In this document: positions 1-11,783 of the stretch, piece after piece | Layout of the letters: each line of letters begins with the position of its first letter | Position numbering within the stretch: position 1 is the first letter of the stretch | Assembly (NCBI GenBank): GCA_033764315.1 | Contig: JANRJA010000006.1 | Coordinates: 1-47,319, forward strand | Reading direction: 5' to 3' | Length of the DNA: 47,319 nucleotides | From: Oculatellaceae cyanobacterium bins.114 | GTDB lineage: Bacteria; Cyanobacteriota; Cyanobacteriia; Elainellales; Elainellaceae | Made by a program: the position numbers and the translations under genes | Notes under the pieces: generated by a model | The model's database searches: none | What the model saw: only the letters and a program-made list of their open reading frames with translations | What the model was told of the DNA's origin: nothing

Positions 1-2
1 GA

Positions 3-3000
3 ACCGAAGGAAAACTCGGTGTACAAGCGGTCGTGCCTGGAGTCGCTGGAACCTGGAAAGACTTGACCGACAACGTAAACTCAATGGCAGGCAACCTCAC
101 CGCTCAGGTACGGAACATTGCCGAAGTTGCCACCGCGATCGCCAATGGCGACCTCTCGAAGAAAATCACCGTCGATGTCAAAGGCGAAATCCTGGAGTTG
201 AAAAACACCATCAACATCATGGTGGATCAGCTCAACTCCTTTGCCTCCGAGGTGACGCGGGTTGCTCGTGAGGTGGGCGCAGAAGGAAAACTAGGGGGAC
301 AGGCGCAAGTGCCGGGGGTTGCCGGAACCTGGAAAGACTTGACCGACTCAGTGAACTTCATGGCGGGTTCCTTAACGGCGCAAGTACGGAACATCGCGGA
401 AGTGACGACAGCGGTGGCAAATGGCGACCTGTCTAAGAAGATCACGGTGGATGTAAAAGGCGAGATTTTAGAGCTAAAAAATACCATCAACATCATGGTG
501 GATCAGCTCAACTCCTTTGCCTCTGAGGTGACGCGGGTCGCTCGTGAGGTGGGAACGGAAGGAAAACTGGGGGTACAGGCTGAGGTGCGTGGAGTGGCTG
601 GCACCTGGAAAGACTTGACGGATTCGGTGAACTCAATGGCGGGTAACCTGACGGGGCAGGTGCGAAACATCGCGGAAGTAACCACGGCGGTGGCAAACGG
701 CGACTTGTCTAAGAAGATTACGGTGGATGTCAAAGGCGAGATTCTCGAACTGAAAAACACGATCAACACGATGGTGGATCAACTCAGTTCCTTTGCCTCT
801 GAGGTAACGCGGGTTGCCCGTGAGGTGGGAACGGAAGGAAAACTGGGGGTACAAGCGGAGGTACGGGGCGTTGCCGGAACCTGGAAAGACCTGACCGACA
901 ATGTGAACTCGATGGCCGGTAACTTGACCGCCCAGGTGCGGAATATTGCCGAGGTATCAACGGCGATCGCCAACGGGGATCTGTCTAAGAAAATTACGGT
1001 ACAGGTCAAAGGCGAGATTCTTGAACTGAAAAACACGATCAACACAATGGTGGATCAGCTCAGTGCCTTTGCCTCTGAGGTAACACGGGTGGCACGAGAA
1101 GTAGGCTCTGAAGGAAAACTGGGGGTACAAGCCGATGTACGGGGGGTGGCTGGCACCTGGAAAGACCTGACGGACTCGGTGAACTTCATGGCAGGGTCGT
1201 TGACCGCGCAAGTGCGGAACATTGCGGCAGTTACCACGGCAGTAGCAAATGGCGACCTCTCCAAGAAGATTACGGTAGACGTCAAAGGCGAGATTTTGGA
1301 ATTGAAGAACACGATCAACACGATGGTGGATCAGCTCAACTCCTTTGCTTCTGAGGTGACGCGGGTAGCGCGAGAAGTGGGAACGGAAGGAAAACTGGGG
1401 GTGCAAGCTGAGGTGCGGGGGGTGGCTGGCACCTGGAAAGACTTGACCGACTCGGTGAACTCGATGGCAGGCTCCCTCACCGCCCAGGTACGGAACATTG
1501 CTGAAGTGACGACAGCGGTAGCCAACGGCGACCTCTCCAAAAAGATTACGGTGGATGTTAAAGGCGAGATCCTTGAACTGAAAAACACGATCAATACGAT
1601 GGTGGATCAGCTCAGTGCCTTTGCCTCTGAGGTGACGCGGGTGGCCCGCGAAGTAGGAACGGAAGGAAAACTGGGGGCACAAGCCTATGTGCGGGGGGTT
1701 GCGGGCATTTGGAAAGACCTCACCGACAACGTGAACTCGATGGCCGGTAACTTGACCGCTCAGGTGCGAAACATTGCCGAAGTGACCAAGGCGGTAGCCA
1801 ATGGCGACCTCTCGAAACAAATCACAGTAGACGTTAAGGGCGAAATTCTTGAACTGAAGAATACCATCAACGTCATGGTGGATCAGCTCAACTCCTTTGC
1901 CTCTGAGGTGACACGGGTAGCGCGAGAAGTAGGAACAGAAGGCATTCTCGGTGGGCAAGCCAATGTCAAGGGGGTCGCCGGAACCTGGAAAGACCTGACC
2001 GACTCGGTGAACTCGATGGCCGGTAACTTGACCGCCCAGGTACGAGGCATCGCGAAGGTTGTGACCGCTGTGGCAAACGGCGACCTGAAACGCAAGTTGA
2101 TGTTGGAGGCCAAGGGTGAAATTGAGACCCTGGCGGAAACCATCAACGAGATGATCGACACACTGGCAACCTTTGCTGACCAGGTAACCACGGTCGCCCG
2201 TGAGGTAGGAATCGAAGGAAAACTGGGTGGTCAGGCGAAAGTGCCGGGCGCATCGGGAACGTGGCGTGACTTGACCGACAACGTCAACGAACTGGCGGCA
2301 ACACTCACGACTCAGCTAAGAACCATTGCTGAGGTGGCAACGGCGGTGACAAAGGGCGACCTGACGCGATCGATTTCCGTCGAAGCCCAGGGCGAGGTAG
2401 CCGTCTTGAAGGACAACATCAACCAGATGATTGCCAACTTGCGCGAAACCACCCAAAAGAACACCGAACAAGACTGGCTCAAGACCAACCTGGCGAAGTT
2501 TACCCGCATGTTGCAGGGGCAACGCGACCTGGAGACAGTGTCGAAGTTGATCTTGTCCGAGTTGGCTCCATTGGTGTCAGCCCAACATGGGGTGTTTTAC
2601 CTGATGGAAACCACCGAAATGCATCCGTCTTATCTAAAGTTGCTTAGCACCTATGCCTACCGCGAACGCAAGCACTTGGCAAACCGCTTCCATTTGGGTG
2701 AAGGCATTGTGGGTCAGTGTGCATTAGAGAAAGAGCGGATCTTATTAACAGAAGTGCCGAATGACTACATCAAGATTGCTTCTGGCTTAGGAGAAGCAAC
2801 GCCCTTGAATGTGGTCGTTTTGCCAGTGCTATTTGAGGGACAGGTAACAGCCGTCATTGAACTAGCGTCCTTCCGACGCTTTAGCGAAATTCACCTGACC
2901 TTCTTTGATCAGTTGACAGAAAGTATCGCGATCGTCTTAAACACGATCGCCGCCAGTATGAGAACGGAGGAACTGCTGAAGCAATCGCAATCTCTCGCAG

Positions 3001-5324
3001 AGGAACTGCAAACACAACAAAAAGAGTTAACGGAAACCAACAAGCGATTAGAGCAACAAGCCCAATCCTTGAAGGCGTCTGAAGAACTGTTGAAAAATCA
3101 GCAAGAACAGTTGCAACAAACCAACGAAGAGTTGGAAGAAAAAGCCGAACTGTTGGCACTGCAAAACCGCGAAGTAGAGCGCAAGAACCGAGAGATCGAA
3201 CAAGCCAAGCGATCGCTCGAAGAAAAAGCCGAGCAGCTCTCTCTGACCTCCAAATACAAGTCTGAGTTTCTGGCTAACATGTCGCACGAGTTGCGAACGC
3301 CGCTCAATAGTTTGTTGATCTTGGCACGGTTATTGTCTGATAACCCTGAAACCAACTTGACCGACAAACAGGTGGAGTATGCTCGCACGATCTACTCCTC
3401 TGGTAACGATCTGTTAGGACTGATTAACGATATTTTGGATCTTGCCAAGATCGAGTCTGGAACCATGTCAGTCCAGATTGATCAGACGCTGTTTAGCACA
3501 TTGCGACAACACATGGAACGCACCTTCCAACAAGTCGCTCAAGATCGTAAACTCGATTTTGTGGTGCAGTTAGATGAGACCTTGCCGCGTGCCATTTACA
3601 CTGACTCAAAACGACTGCAACAAGTTCTCAAAAACCTGTTAGCCAATGCGTTCAAATTTACTGAACAGGGACAAGTTCGATTAGATATAACAACCGCGAT
3701 CGAAGGATGGAGTTCTGAAAATAACACGTTAAACCAAGCTGCAACGGTCATTGCTTTTACGGTGATTGATACGGGTATTGGCATTCCCTCAGATAAGCAA
3801 AAAATTATTTTTGAAGCCTTCCAACAAGCCGATGGCACCACATCTCGTAAATATGGCGGCACTGGATTGGGGCTATCCATTAGCCGAGAAATTGCTCGGT
3901 TGTTGGGAGGTGAAATCACCCTGCATAGCGAGCTAGGCCAAGGCAGTACCTTTACCCTCTATCTGCCGTTGACCTATGTGCCCCTTGTAACAAATGGCTC
4001 TGGCTCTGAAGTCAGTCTCAGAGATGAACACCGCTATCGCAGTCAAGGTGAGATGGATTTGTTTATGCCATCCTCCCACTCCCTCTTTTTGCCTCAATCT
4101 CTAACCACATCACCCGAAGTCGAGGACGATCGCGAAACTATTCAAACGGGCGATCGCACTCTGTTGATTATTGAAGATGACGTTCCATTTGCCCGACTAT
4201 TACTCGACATGGCGCGTCAGCAAGGGTTTAAGGGATTGGTCGCCATTCGCAGTGATGTCGGTTTAGCCCTGGCACAGGAATATAAACCTACCGCCATCAC
4301 CTTAGACATTCGTCTACCAATTATGGATGGATGGACCGTGCTCGATCGCCTCAAACACAATCCTGAAACCCGACACATCCCCGTTCACATTATGTCGGTC
4401 GAAGAAGTGCGACAACGCAGTTTGCATCAAGGGGCGATCGCTTATTTGCAGAAACCAATTGATGCCGAAGCCTTATCCAAAGCTCTGAGTGACATCAAAC
4501 AATATGCTGAGCGAGCCGTCAAAAACCTGCTTGTGGTCGAGGATGACGAACTGCAACGACAGGGTATCGTCAATTTGATTGGCAACAGTGATGTCAGCAC
4601 AACGACCGTTAGCACGGGGGCAACCGCACTAGAGCATCTGCAAACTGGAAACTTTGATTGTCTGGTGCTCGACCTGACATTGCCCGATATGAGCGGCGTG
4701 GATCTGATTCAACGGATTCAACAAGATCCTGAGTTGCGGCAGATTCCCATCATTGTTTACACCGGGCAAGATCTGACCTCGCAACAAGAATCAGAACTTC
4801 AAAAAGTTTCCACATCGCTGGTGGTTAAAAGTGCGCGATCGCCTGAGCACCTGCTCGACGAAACGTCTCTATTTTTACATCGGGTGCAGTCCAACTTGCC
4901 CAATGAGCAACAACAAATGTTAGAGCGACTGCGACAACGTGATCCAGTTTTAGCTGACAAAAAGATCTTGATTGTAGATGACGATGTTCGCAATATCTTT
5001 GCTCTGACCAGTTTGTTAGAGCGATATCAAATGGAGGTGCTCTATGCCGAAAACGGACGCGATGGCATCAACGTCTTGCAAACCACACCTGACATTCACA
5101 TTGTTCTCATGGACGTGATGATGCCAGAAATGGACGGCTATGAAACGATGTATGCCATTCGACAGATTAGCCAGTTTAAATCTCTGCCTATGATTGCACT
5201 AACTGCAAAAGCCATGAAGGGCGATCGTGAGAAATGTATTGATGCCGGAGCGTCTGATTACATCACCAAACCCGTTGATCAAGAACAATTACTGTCACTG
5301 CTACGAGTGTGGCTATACCAATAG
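3..5324 (+). CDS. Hybrid sensor histidine kinase: poly-HAMP array, GAF, coiled coil, HisKA, HATPase and three receiver domains (5'-partial, runs off the window start)
   Basis: The frame is open from base 3 ([12 protein letters not shown]...). It has 92-aa repeats (WKDLTD.VN.MAG.LT.QVRNIA...), an H-box [16 protein letters not shown] boxes ([23 protein letters not shown]), and three REC domains with intact Asp (LDIRLP, LDLTLP, MDVMMP). Confidence 0.95.
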   Translation, partial: TEGKLGVQAVVPGVAGTWKDLTDNVNSMAGNLTAQVRNIAEVATAIANGDLSKKITVDVKGEILELKNTINIMVDQLNSFASEVTRVAREVGAEGKLGGQAQVPGVAGTWKDLTDSVNFMAGSLTAQVRNIAEVTTAVANGDLSKKITVDVKGEILELKNTINIMVDQLNSFASEVTRVAREVGTEGKLGVQAEVRGVAGTWKDLTDSVNSMAGNLTGQVRNIAEVTTAVANGDLSKKITVDVKGEILELKNTINTMVDQLSSFASEVTRVAREVGTEGKLGVQAEVRGVAGTWKDLTDNVNSMAGNLTAQVRNIAEVSTAIANGDLSKKITVQVKGEILELKNTINTMVDQLSAFASEVTRVAREVGSEGKLGVQADVRGVAGTWKDLTDSVNFMAGSLTAQVRNIAAVTTAVANGDLSKKITVDVKGEILELKNTINTMVDQLNSFASEVTRVAREVGTEGKLGVQAEVRGVAGTWKDLTDSVNSMAGSLTAQVRNIAEVTTAVANGDLSKKITVDVKGEILELKNTINTMVDQLSAFASEVTRVAREVGTEGKLGAQAYVRGVAGIWKDLTDNVNSMAGNLTAQVRNIAEVTKAVANGDLSKQITVDVKGEILELKNTINVMVDQLNSFASEVTRVAREVGTEGILGGQANVKGVAGTWKDLTDSVNSMAGNLTAQVRGIAKVVTAVANGDLKRKLMLEAKGEIETLAETINEMIDTLATFADQVTTVAREVGIEGKLGGQAKVPGASGTWRDLTDNVNELAATLTTQLRTIAEVATAVTKGDLTRSISVEAQGEVAVLKDNINQMIANLRETTQKNTEQDWLKTNLAKFTRMLQGQRDLETVSKLILSELAPLVSAQHGVFYLMETTEMHPSYLKLLSTYAYRERKHLANRFHLGEGIVGQCALEKERILLTEVPNDYIKIASGLGEATPLNVVVLPVLFEGQVTAVIELASFRRFSEIHLTFFDQLTESIAIVLNTIAASMRTEELLKQSQSLAEELQTQQKELTETNKRLEQQAQSLKASEELLKNQQEQLQQTNEELEEKAELLALQNREVERKNREIEQAKRSLEEKAEQLSLTSKYKSEFLANMSHELRTPLNSLLILARLLSDNPETNLTDKQVEYARTIYSSGNDLLGLINDILDLAKIESGTMSVQIDQTLFSTLRQHMERTFQQVAQDRKLDFVVQLDETLPRAIYTDSKRLQQVLKNLLANAFKFTEQGQVRLDITTAIEGWSSENNTLNQAATVIAFTVIDTGIGIPSDKQKIIFEAFQQADGTTSRKYGGTGLGLSISREIARLLGGEITLHSELGQGSTFTLYLPLTYVPLVTNGSGSEVSLRDEHRYRSQGEMDLFMPSSHSLFLPQSLTTSPEVEDDRETIQTGDRTLLIIEDDVPFARLLLDMARQQGFKGLVAIRSDVGLALAQEYKPTAITLDIRLPIMDGWTVLDRLKHNPETRHIPVHIMSVEEVRQRSLHQGAIAYLQKPIDAEALSKALSDIKQYAERAVKNLLVVEDDELQRQGIVNLIGNSDVSTTTVSTGATALEHLQTGNFDCLVLDLTLPDMSGVDLIQRIQQDPELRQIPIIVYTGQDLTSQQESELQKVSTSLVVKSARSPEHLLDETSLFLHRVQSNLPNEQQQMLERLRQRDPVLADKKILIVDDDVRNIFALTSLLERYQMEVLYAENGRDGINVLQTTPDIHIVLMDVMMPEMDGYETMYAIRQISQFKSLPMIALTAKAMKGDREKCIDAGASDYITKPVDQEQLLSLLRVWLYQ
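54..2400 (+). repeat. Tandem 276-bp coding repeat (HAMP units), at least 8 units within the window
   Basis: The TGGAAAGAC motif recurs at 54, 330, 606, 882, 1158, 1434, 1710 and 1986, with the variant TGGCGTGAC at 2262, an exact 276-nt period. Confidence 0.95.
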
Positions 5325-5336
5325 GAACTCGTGTGT

Positions 5337-7094
5337 ATGACCTCAGACGTTAACATTTTGCTCGTGGATGACCATCCCGAAAACTTGGTGGCCTTAGAAG
5401 CCATCTTGAGCGGGTTAGGAAATCTGGTCATGGCGCACTCTGGAGCAGAGGCTTTGAAGTATCTGCTCAATCAGGAATTTGCTGTGGTTTTGTTGGATGT
5501 ACAAATGCCTGGAATCAATGGTTTTGAAACGGCCTCTCTGATTCGACAGCGGCAACGGTCAAGCCACACCCCCATCATCTTTCTCACGGCCTTTAGCACC
5601 AGCGACATCATGATGTTTAAGGGCTATTCACTGGGTGCCGTTGATTATTTGCTCAAGCCTATTGATCCGGTGGTGTTGACCTCTAAAGTTTCAGTTTTTG
5701 TCGATCTGTATAAAAAGAATGCTGAGATTCAACGGCAGGCCACTCAACTTGCTGTCATGAATACTGAGTTACAGCAAAGTGAAGAGCGATTTCGTCGGCT
5801 GAGTACGTGTTCTCCAGTGGGCATCTTTTTAGCCGATTTAGAACGGGGTTGTTTTTACACAAATCCTCGTTGTCAGAGCATTTGTGGGTTCACATTTGAA
5901 GAAAGTTTGGGTGACGGTTGGATCGATTTTATATATGCAGACGATCGCGATCGCGCCGTTCACAACTGGTTGAACTACATTCATGCCAACGCTCAAACGG
6001 AGTTCTCTGATGAATATCGCTATCAAACCAAAGATGGCACAATTCGGTGGATCACCCTGCGAGCCTCACCCCTGTTTTCAGATAACGGTAAGTTAATGGG
6101 GCATGTTGGCACCGTTGAAGACATTACAGAGCGCAAACAAGCCGAAGCCGCACGACTGCAAATTATTCAAGAACAGGTAGCCCGTCAAGAAGCAGAACGG
6201 GCTAACCGCATGAAAGATGAGTTTTTAGCGGTGTTATCGCACGAATTGCGGACTCCCTTAAATGCCATTTTGGGGTGGTCAAAACTGCTGTTGACCCGTG
6301 AATTAGACTCCGCCATGATGGAGCGAGCACTTGAGACCATTGAGCGCAATGCTAAATCTCAAGCAAAGTTAGTCGAAGATATTTTAGACGTGTCGTTGAT
6401 TGTTCAAGGCAAATTACGGCTTAATCCATGCCAGATCAATCTGATTCCATTGCTTGAAAGCATTCTCGAAACCTTTCAACCGATCGCCCTCGAACAACAA
6501 GTCCAACTCAAGTTCATTACACCAGCGGGCACAGCTCATCTGGCTTCTAATGACGTTGATTTGAGTTCTAGCTTGACCGTCAATGGCGACCCAGAGAGGT
6601 TACGACAGGTGATTCGCAATTTGCTCTCAAACGCGATTAAATTTACCCCAGAGCATGGCCTGGTTGAAGTGCGTGTGTCGGTCGTCGATCATCCGGTTTC
6701 AACGAATGGTCAATGGTCAATTGTCAGTGGCGAAGAACTGCTGCTCAATGACAAGGAACGACTGACCCACGACAATTCACCGGTTCATTATGCTCAAATT
6801 CAAGTGAAAGACACGGGCATTGGGATTGACCCTGACTTTCTGCCCTATGTGTTTGATCGTTTTCGGCAAGCCGATAGCACAACTACCCGTTCTTATAGTG
6901 GGCTAGGGCTAGGTTTGGCGATCGTTCACCACATCATCAAGTTACACAATGGCACCATTCACGCCGAGAGTGAAGGAGTGGGTCAAGGGGCAATGTTTAC
7001 GGTCACACTGCCCTTGGTTCAGCCCCAAGACCAGTCTCAGTGCGAGATTAAGCTTGAGGAAACGAGTCAGTTGTCGATCGTCAACGGTCAATAG
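5337..7094 (+). CDS. Hybrid histidine kinase (REC-PAS-HisKA-HATPase)
   Basis: N-terminal REC (LLVDD...LLDVQMP...LLKP), a PAS/PAC segment, H-box [30 protein letters not shown] and GLGLGL. ATG 5337 is preferred over GTG 5331; it lies 12 nt after the upstream kinase stop. Confidence 0.93.
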   Translation: MTSDVNILLVDDHPENLVALEAILSGLGNLVMAHSGAEALKYLLNQEFAVVLLDVQMPGINGFETASLIRQRQRSSHTPIIFLTAFSTSDIMMFKGYSLGAVDYLLKPIDPVVLTSKVSVFVDLYKKNAEIQRQATQLAVMNTELQQSEERFRRLSTCSPVGIFLADLERGCFYTNPRCQSICGFTFEESLGDGWIDFIYADDRDRAVHNWLNYIHANAQTEFSDEYRYQTKDGTIRWITLRASPLFSDNGKLMGHVGTVEDITERKQAEAARLQIIQEQVARQEAERANRMKDEFLAVLSHELRTPLNAILGWSKLLLTRELDSAMMERALETIERNAKSQAKLVEDILDVSLIVQGKLRLNPCQINLIPLLESILETFQPIALEQQVQLKFITPAGTAHLASNDVDLSSSLTVNGDPERLRQVIRNLLSNAIKFTPEHGLVEVRVSVVDHPVSTNGQWSIVSGEELLLNDKERLTHDNSPVHYAQIQVKDTGIGIDPDFLPYVFDRFRQADSTTTRSYSGLGLGLAIVHHIIKLHNGTIHAESEGVGQGAMFTVTLPLVQPQDQSQCEIKLEETSQLSIVNGQ

Positions 7095-7117
7095 GGCGTC
7101 AACGGTCAATAGGGAGC

Positions 7118-7170
7118 ATTTGAGAATCCTATGAGAATCCCAGATTCGGCGAGAATTCAAGGATCTCAAA
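7118..7170. terminator. Imperfect hairpin between convergent genes, possible bidirectional terminator
   Basis: TTTGAGAATCCT ... AGGATCTCAAA inverted repeat between the stops at 7094 (+) and 7175 (-). Confidence 0.35.
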
Positions 7171-7174
7171 CTGG

Positions 7175-8302
7175 TTATGCCGGTTGCTCTACCCCGGCTC
7201 GTTTTTGCAACAGTTGAACGATCGAGGCTTTTTCGATCAACCCCACTAGCACATTATTATCTTTCAACACTGCCAGCACTGGAGTGGTCTGATCATCCAA
7301 CAGATTGATCACTTCTAAGAGGGGTTTGTCAGAGGGTACTGTGGGCAGTTGCTCCAACGGTTGAGTCAACGCTTGCACTTGAATATCCCACCAGTCGTTT
7401 GTTGGAATGGTTTTTAAGTCATCGACTCTGACTTCACCCACCAGTTGACCGTCTGCATTGGTGACTAAAAACTTTTGCCACTGGCGATCGCTGCCAATGA
7501 TGTGGTTATTAACAAACTCACGCAGCGAACTCGTTGCCACAATGATCGGGCTATCCGGATAGACCGCATCAGCAGCCGTCAAACCACTTAACTGCTCTTG
7601 AATTGTGGCCGTTTGAGCCGAACGCCCCGCATTTTGTAGTAAAAACAAACCGATGAGCAACGTCCAGAAACTACCGACATTGGTAAAGCCCAAGATCGAA
7701 GCTAGACCTAAGCCAATTCCTAGCCAACCAAAAACCTGACCGACTGCACTCGCAAAGGCGACCCCTTTGTAAGGTTTGCCTGTGATCTTCCAGACGATAG
7801 ACTTGAGAACATTGCCCCCATCTAACGGCAATCCTGGAATTAAGTTGAACAGTCCCAATGCCAGGTTGATGTAAGCCAGCGTTCCTAAAATAGAGGCGAT
7901 CGGCCCTGAGATCGGGGTGAAATAGGCGATCGCATTAAACAGTCCAAAGAAAAAGAAGCTCACTAATGGCCCCGCGATCGCCACTTGAAAGGCTGCACCC
8001 GGAGTTTTTGACTCTTCGCCCAGACTTGCTAAACCGCCAAAGATAAACAGCGTGATAGAGTTCACCGGAATTCCCTGACGAATGGCCACTAGACTATGCC
8101 CCAACTCATGGGCTAGCACCGAGGAAAACAACAACAGCGCGGTCGCTAACCCTAACACCCAGGCAATTACCCCCAATTGCGGAAATTGCACCGCTAACCC
8201 CCGACCAAAATCCCAGGTCACGAGTGCTAGCACCAGAAACCAGGAGGGGTTAATAAAGAAGGGGATGCCAAACAAGTTGCCGACGCGTAAGTTGCCGTCC
8301 AT
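7175..8302 (-). CDS. Site-2 protease (M50 zinc metalloprotease) with C-terminal CBS domains
   Basis: HELGH zinc motif, NLIPGLPLDGG motif, several hydrophobic helices and a C-terminal CBS-like pair. Confidence 0.93.
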   Translation of the reverse strand: MDGNLRVGNLFGIPFFINPSWFLVLALVTWDFGRGLAVQFPQLGVIAWVLGLATALLLFSSVLAHELGHSLVAIRQGIPVNSITLFIFGGLASLGEESKTPGAAFQVAIAGPLVSFFFFGLFNAIAYFTPISGPIASILGTLAYINLALGLFNLIPGLPLDGGNVLKSIVWKITGKPYKGVAFASAVGQVFGWLGIGLGLASILGFTNVGSFWTLLIGLFLLQNAGRSAQTATIQEQLSGLTAADAVYPDSPIIVATSSLREFVNNHIIGSDRQWQKFLVTNADGQLVGEVRVDDLKTIPTNDWWDIQVQALTQPLEQLPTVPSDKPLLEVINLLDDQTTPVLAVLKDNNVLVGLIEKASIVQLLQKRAGVEQPA

Positions 8303-8446
8303 GCCATTACCTCAAATTCGGCTTGATTAATTTTGTCTCTATCAGACTATATCCCGATCGTAACGGAGTATTGCCCATGCCTTTATCCACCTAGTGGATG
8401 TAAATACCGCCCTACTAAGGTCGGTATTCTTCCTGATCTAAAGTGG

Positions 8447-8552
8447 TATAGCACCTGAAGAGCGGGTCAGAACGGGGTGCAAGGGTTTTATCCCTTAGCT
8501 GGGGGCAAAGCTCCACAACCCCTTGTATCACCTGTTAAGACAGTTGCTATAG
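8447..8552 (+). mobile_element. MITE-like dispersed repeat, family A, copy 1
   Basis: Ends TATAGCACCTG ... CAGTTGCTATA form an imperfect terminal inverted repeat. It is visibly similar to 36803-36876 and to 41502-41586 (reverse strand). Confidence 0.6.
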
Positions 8553-8675
8553 AGGCATTTGCTGCTTGAGAGTACCTTACTAGAGCAAGGAACACAAGAG
8601 AGACAGGTTTTAATCCTGATAAGTTTGGTGAATTAGGGGGCAAGGGGGCGATCGCCTCCCGTGAGATAGGGCTTA

Positions 8676-9239
8676 TCAAGAACTAAAGATTGACTCTAAC
8701 AGTTGACCGAGCATGACAATAAACACTCGTGTCCAGCCTTCGCTGAGCCACACGGCAGTTTGGGGTTGTTGCAGGAAAACACAGTAAGCACTCAAAGCGG
8801 TTCCCGCAACTAATCCATAGATCCAGAGTCTCAGTTTGAGTTCAAAAGCTTGAGTATAGAGCCAATAAAAAACGGCTATTGCGATGACCATACCTAAAAC
8901 CCCGGTCATATGAACCGCGATCGCATACTCTGTTGAGGCTTCTAGCGTTGAGGAGTGAACCAAATGAGCCGCATATCCGGCATACCAGATCTGAATCAAT
9001 AGGGCTGGCAGACAGCCGACCCACTCAATCTTAAAGACCTGGATCATCTGTCCCATGCCATCAAAACACCCTAAAATCCATTTCCACTCCTCAGTGCGGC
9101 CTGTCATCTTGTTCCATATCTGGTTGCTCACGACGACCAGGGCAAACGCTAATAGCCAAGGCGTAAAACAAAGTAACGCGACACCCCAATACATCACCAC
9201 ACTGCCCAGGGCACAGCCCAATAACTTTAGAAATACCAT
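8676..9239 (-). CDS. Hypothetical integral membrane protein
   Basis: The ORF has about 4-5 hydrophobic segments. ATG 9239 is preceded by GGAGG at good spacing (the track starts at 9317). It lies downstream of and co-directional with the deaminase. Confidence 0.65.
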   Translation of the reverse strand: MVFLKLLGCALGSVVMYWGVALLCFTPWLLAFALVVVSNQIWNKMTGRTEEWKWILGCFDGMGQMIQVFKIEWVGCLPALLIQIWYAGYAAHLVHSSTLEASTEYAIAVHMTGVLGMVIAIAVFYWLYTQAFELKLRLWIYGLVAGTALSAYCVFLQQPQTAVWLSEGWTRVFIVMLGQLLESIFSS

Positions 9240-9329
9240 TCGCATTCCTCCTGCACTAAGCGATGGTTGTGTAACGGTGAGTGAGTTTGTCGTATACAGC
9301 CCATAATGAATCAACATTAACCCATCACA

Positions 9330-10688
9330 TTAACCCATCAGTTGATGTGCTAATCGGTTGTGTTTTTCCACTAATGTTTCCAGTTCAAGCGTGGTTAGTC
9401 GTCCTTGATCCACCACTTTTCGACCGTTGATAAAACTGTAATCTACCGTGTTCACCTGACAAAAGATCAGGGCAGCCACGGGATCATGGAGGGCACCTGC
9501 AAGAGCAGGGCGATCGAGGTTAATGGCAATAAAATCTGCCGACATTCCTGGAGCCAGGTAGCCAATATCATCTCGTCCTAAGACCTTTGCCCCTCCCAGT
9601 GTCGCCAATTCTAAAACGTCGCGAGCCGTCATCGCCGCTGCCTCGAGTTCACGCACCCGTGCCATAAGAAAGGCAGTGCGGGCTTCATTCAACAAGTTTG
9701 ATGTGTCATTCGAGGCTGAGCCATCCACCCCTAACCCCACTGGGACTTTGTGACTGAGCATCTGACGAATGGGAGCCATGCCACTGGCCAGACGCATATT
9801 ACTACAGGGACAATGGGCTACCCCAGTGCCTGTCTTGCCAAAGGCTTGAATGGCGCGATCGTCTAACTGCACACAGTGGGCGTGCCAGACATCCTCGCCT
9901 AGCCAACCTACTGATTCTGCATAGTCACCGGGTGTCATGCCAAAGGTAGCTAAGCTGTACTCGATATCTGACTTATTCTCGGCAAGGTGCGTATGTAAAC
10001 GAATACCAGGGTGCGATCGCGCTAATGCCGCCGATTCTCGCATTAAATCAGGTGACACCGAAAAAGGAGAGCAGGGAGCCAGCGTGATGCGTAGCATGGC
10101 ATGGCGCGAATTGTCATGATATTGCTCAATTAGCCGTTGGCTATCTTGCAACACATGGGCTTCTTTCTCAACAACGGTGTCGGGGGGCAGTCCTCCCTGG
10201 CTCTGACCCACACTCATACTGCCTCGACTAGCATGAAACCGCAGCCCGATCGCTTGCACCGCTTCAATTTCATCATCTAACGTGGTGCCATTGGGGAAAA
10301 TATACAGATGATCACTTGCAGTTGTGCAACCTGACAACATTAACTCGGCGGCTGCCATCTGAGCACTGATAAACACCGACTCTGGCGTAAGATTTGCCCA
10401 AATCGGATAAAGCGTTTGCAGCCAGTGGAATAAGTCGCAATTTTGAGCCGCAGGAACTGCACGGGTGAGAGTCTGATAAAAGTGATGGTGAGTGTTGACC
10501 AAACCAGGAAGGACGACATACCGACCCTGTAGATCTAGCACATCGTCTGCAGTTTGAGGCAACTCAGCGGTTGTTCCAACCTGCTCAACAATGTTGTCTC
10601 GCACGAACAACCCCCCATTTAGGATTTCTCGCCGGGATGCATCCATCGTTACTAGAGTATGAATATTTTTAATCAACAAAGTAGACAT
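9330..10688 (-). CDS. 8-oxoguanine deaminase-like amidohydrolase (AtzB/GuaD-related)
   Basis: PGLVNTHHHFYQTLTRA metal-binding motif, APCSPFSVS, HTHLAEN, HCPCSNMRLASG and GLGVDGSASND, all typical of 8-oxoguanine deaminase family proteins. Confidence 0.88.
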   Translation of the reverse strand: MSTLLIKNIHTLVTMDASRREILNGGLFVRDNIVEQVGTTAELPQTADDVLDLQGRYVVLPGLVNTHHHFYQTLTRAVPAAQNCDLFHWLQTLYPIWANLTPESVFISAQMAAAELMLSGCTTASDHLYIFPNGTTLDDEIEAVQAIGLRFHASRGSMSVGQSQGGLPPDTVVEKEAHVLQDSQRLIEQYHDNSRHAMLRITLAPCSPFSVSPDLMRESAALARSHPGIRLHTHLAENKSDIEYSLATFGMTPGDYAESVGWLGEDVWHAHCVQLDDRAIQAFGKTGTGVAHCPCSNMRLASGMAPIRQMLSHKVPVGLGVDGSASNDTSNLLNEARTAFLMARVRELEAAAMTARDVLELATLGGAKVLGRDDIGYLAPGMSADFIAINLDRPALAGALHDPVAALIFCQVNTVDYSFINGRKVVDQGRLTTLELETLVEKHNRLAHQLMG

Positions 10689-10743
10689 AGCAACCTAAAC
10701 ATCAGGGATGTGCTTGGTCTACAGCATTAACAGATGGTTTGAT

Positions 10744-10757
10744 GTATTAAGGTGCAC
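10744..10757 (-). promoter_or_regulatory. Possible degenerate NtcA site upstream of the deaminase
   Basis: The minus strand reads GTG-CACCTTAA-TAC-A (one mismatch to GTA-N8-TAC). An imperfect -10 (TAGACC) lies 22 nt downstream, and the ATG is about 55 nt from the site. Confidence 0.3.
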
Positions 10758-11068
10758 CGTTTTGCCCTCAACTTCAATGAGAGCAGGTGAAATCAGACGC
10801 TCGACAGCCAATATACAGAGGTGATGTGAAGACTGCTGGAATGATGGCTGACTAACTCCCTATCGACCATCTGCATTATTCACCACTCACCCGTTGATAG
10901 TGCTCTAAAGTGCTCTCAAAGTAATGACTTTGACTGGATATCACGTCAGCTACAGTGCACTTTGATGCATTCATCTTATTTGTCAAACTGTTGGATAGCA
11001 CTCTATTTGTCTTGGATCTGGGTGATAAGCTAACGACGGCAAAACTCGTTGTTGTAAGTCCCCTTGTT

Positions 11069-11641
11069 ATGAATGCAAACCATGCCCTTGAAAAGCTTAT
11101 TGCTGGTAATCAACGCTATGTCACGAGTCAATTGGTTCATCATCACCAGTCTGCTAGTCGAATGCGGGCGATCGCTGTGGGTCAACACCCCTTTGCCATC
11201 ATCTTGGGCTGTGCTGATTCGCGTGTACCACCAGAGATTATTTTTGATCAGGGTTTGGGTGATTTGTTTGTGATCCGAGTTGCAGGAAACATCTTAGATG
11301 ATGCTATTTTGGGCAGTATTGAGTATGCTGTCGCAGAACTGGGTACAGCTCTCGTTTTAGTATTGGGACACGAACGCTGTGGTGCTGTTGCGGCAACCGT
11401 CAATCACGCACAAATTTTAGGACACATCAGCACTCTGCTGAGTGCGATCCAACCGGCTATAGACCGAGCTAAAACCGAACCGGGTGACCTGCTGGATAAT
11501 GCAGTACGGGCAAATATTGAATTGGTGGTTGAACAGCTAAAGTCGTCTATGCCAGTGGCTGAGTTGGTGCAGCACAACCGATTAAAAGTAGTGGGGGCAC
11601 AATATAATCTCAATTGTGGTGAGGTTGAGATTATTGCTTAA
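11069..11641 (+). CDS. Beta-class carbonic anhydrase
   Basis: GCADSRVPPE and GHERCGAV zinc-ligand motifs, plus GLGDLFVIRVAGN. Likely start is ATG 11069 (MNANHALEKL); the track starts at 10955. Confidence 0.92.
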   Translation: MNANHALEKLIAGNQRYVTSQLVHHHQSASRMRAIAVGQHPFAIILGCADSRVPPEIIFDQGLGDLFVIRVAGNILDDAILGSIEYAVAELGTALVLVLGHERCGAVAATVNHAQILGHISTLLSAIQPAIDRAKTEPGDLLDNAVRANIELVVEQLKSSMPVAELVQHNRLKVVGAQYNLNCGEVEIIA

Positions 11642-11783
11642 AAGTAGCGGTGGCGATCGCCCTTTAGGACTGCCGATATACTAATTTGTTAGACTGCTTT
11701 TAAAAGCTAAAAATCTTTAACAGTATTGGTTAGGCTACGCTACCTTATCCTACAAAAAATCAGCAATTTTTAGGGTTGCTGCG

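Noticed and set aside
54-2400. Periodic repeats as a CRISPR array
   Set aside because: They are contiguous in-frame coding repeats with no unique spacers, and no cas genes are present.
227-2522. Series of repeated 87-102 aa minus-strand ORFs and a 333-aa ORF (957-1958)
   Set aside because: These are antisense shadows of the 276-bp HAMP repeats. Their periodicity mirrors the sense gene and they have no independent motifs.
8488-8679. 63-aa minus-strand ORF
   Set aside because: It runs across a MITE-like repeat and has no recognisable protein features.
10921-10934. GTA-N8-GAC as an NtcA site
   Set aside because: It has one mismatch and no suitably spaced -10 element that I could identify, so it is likely chance.
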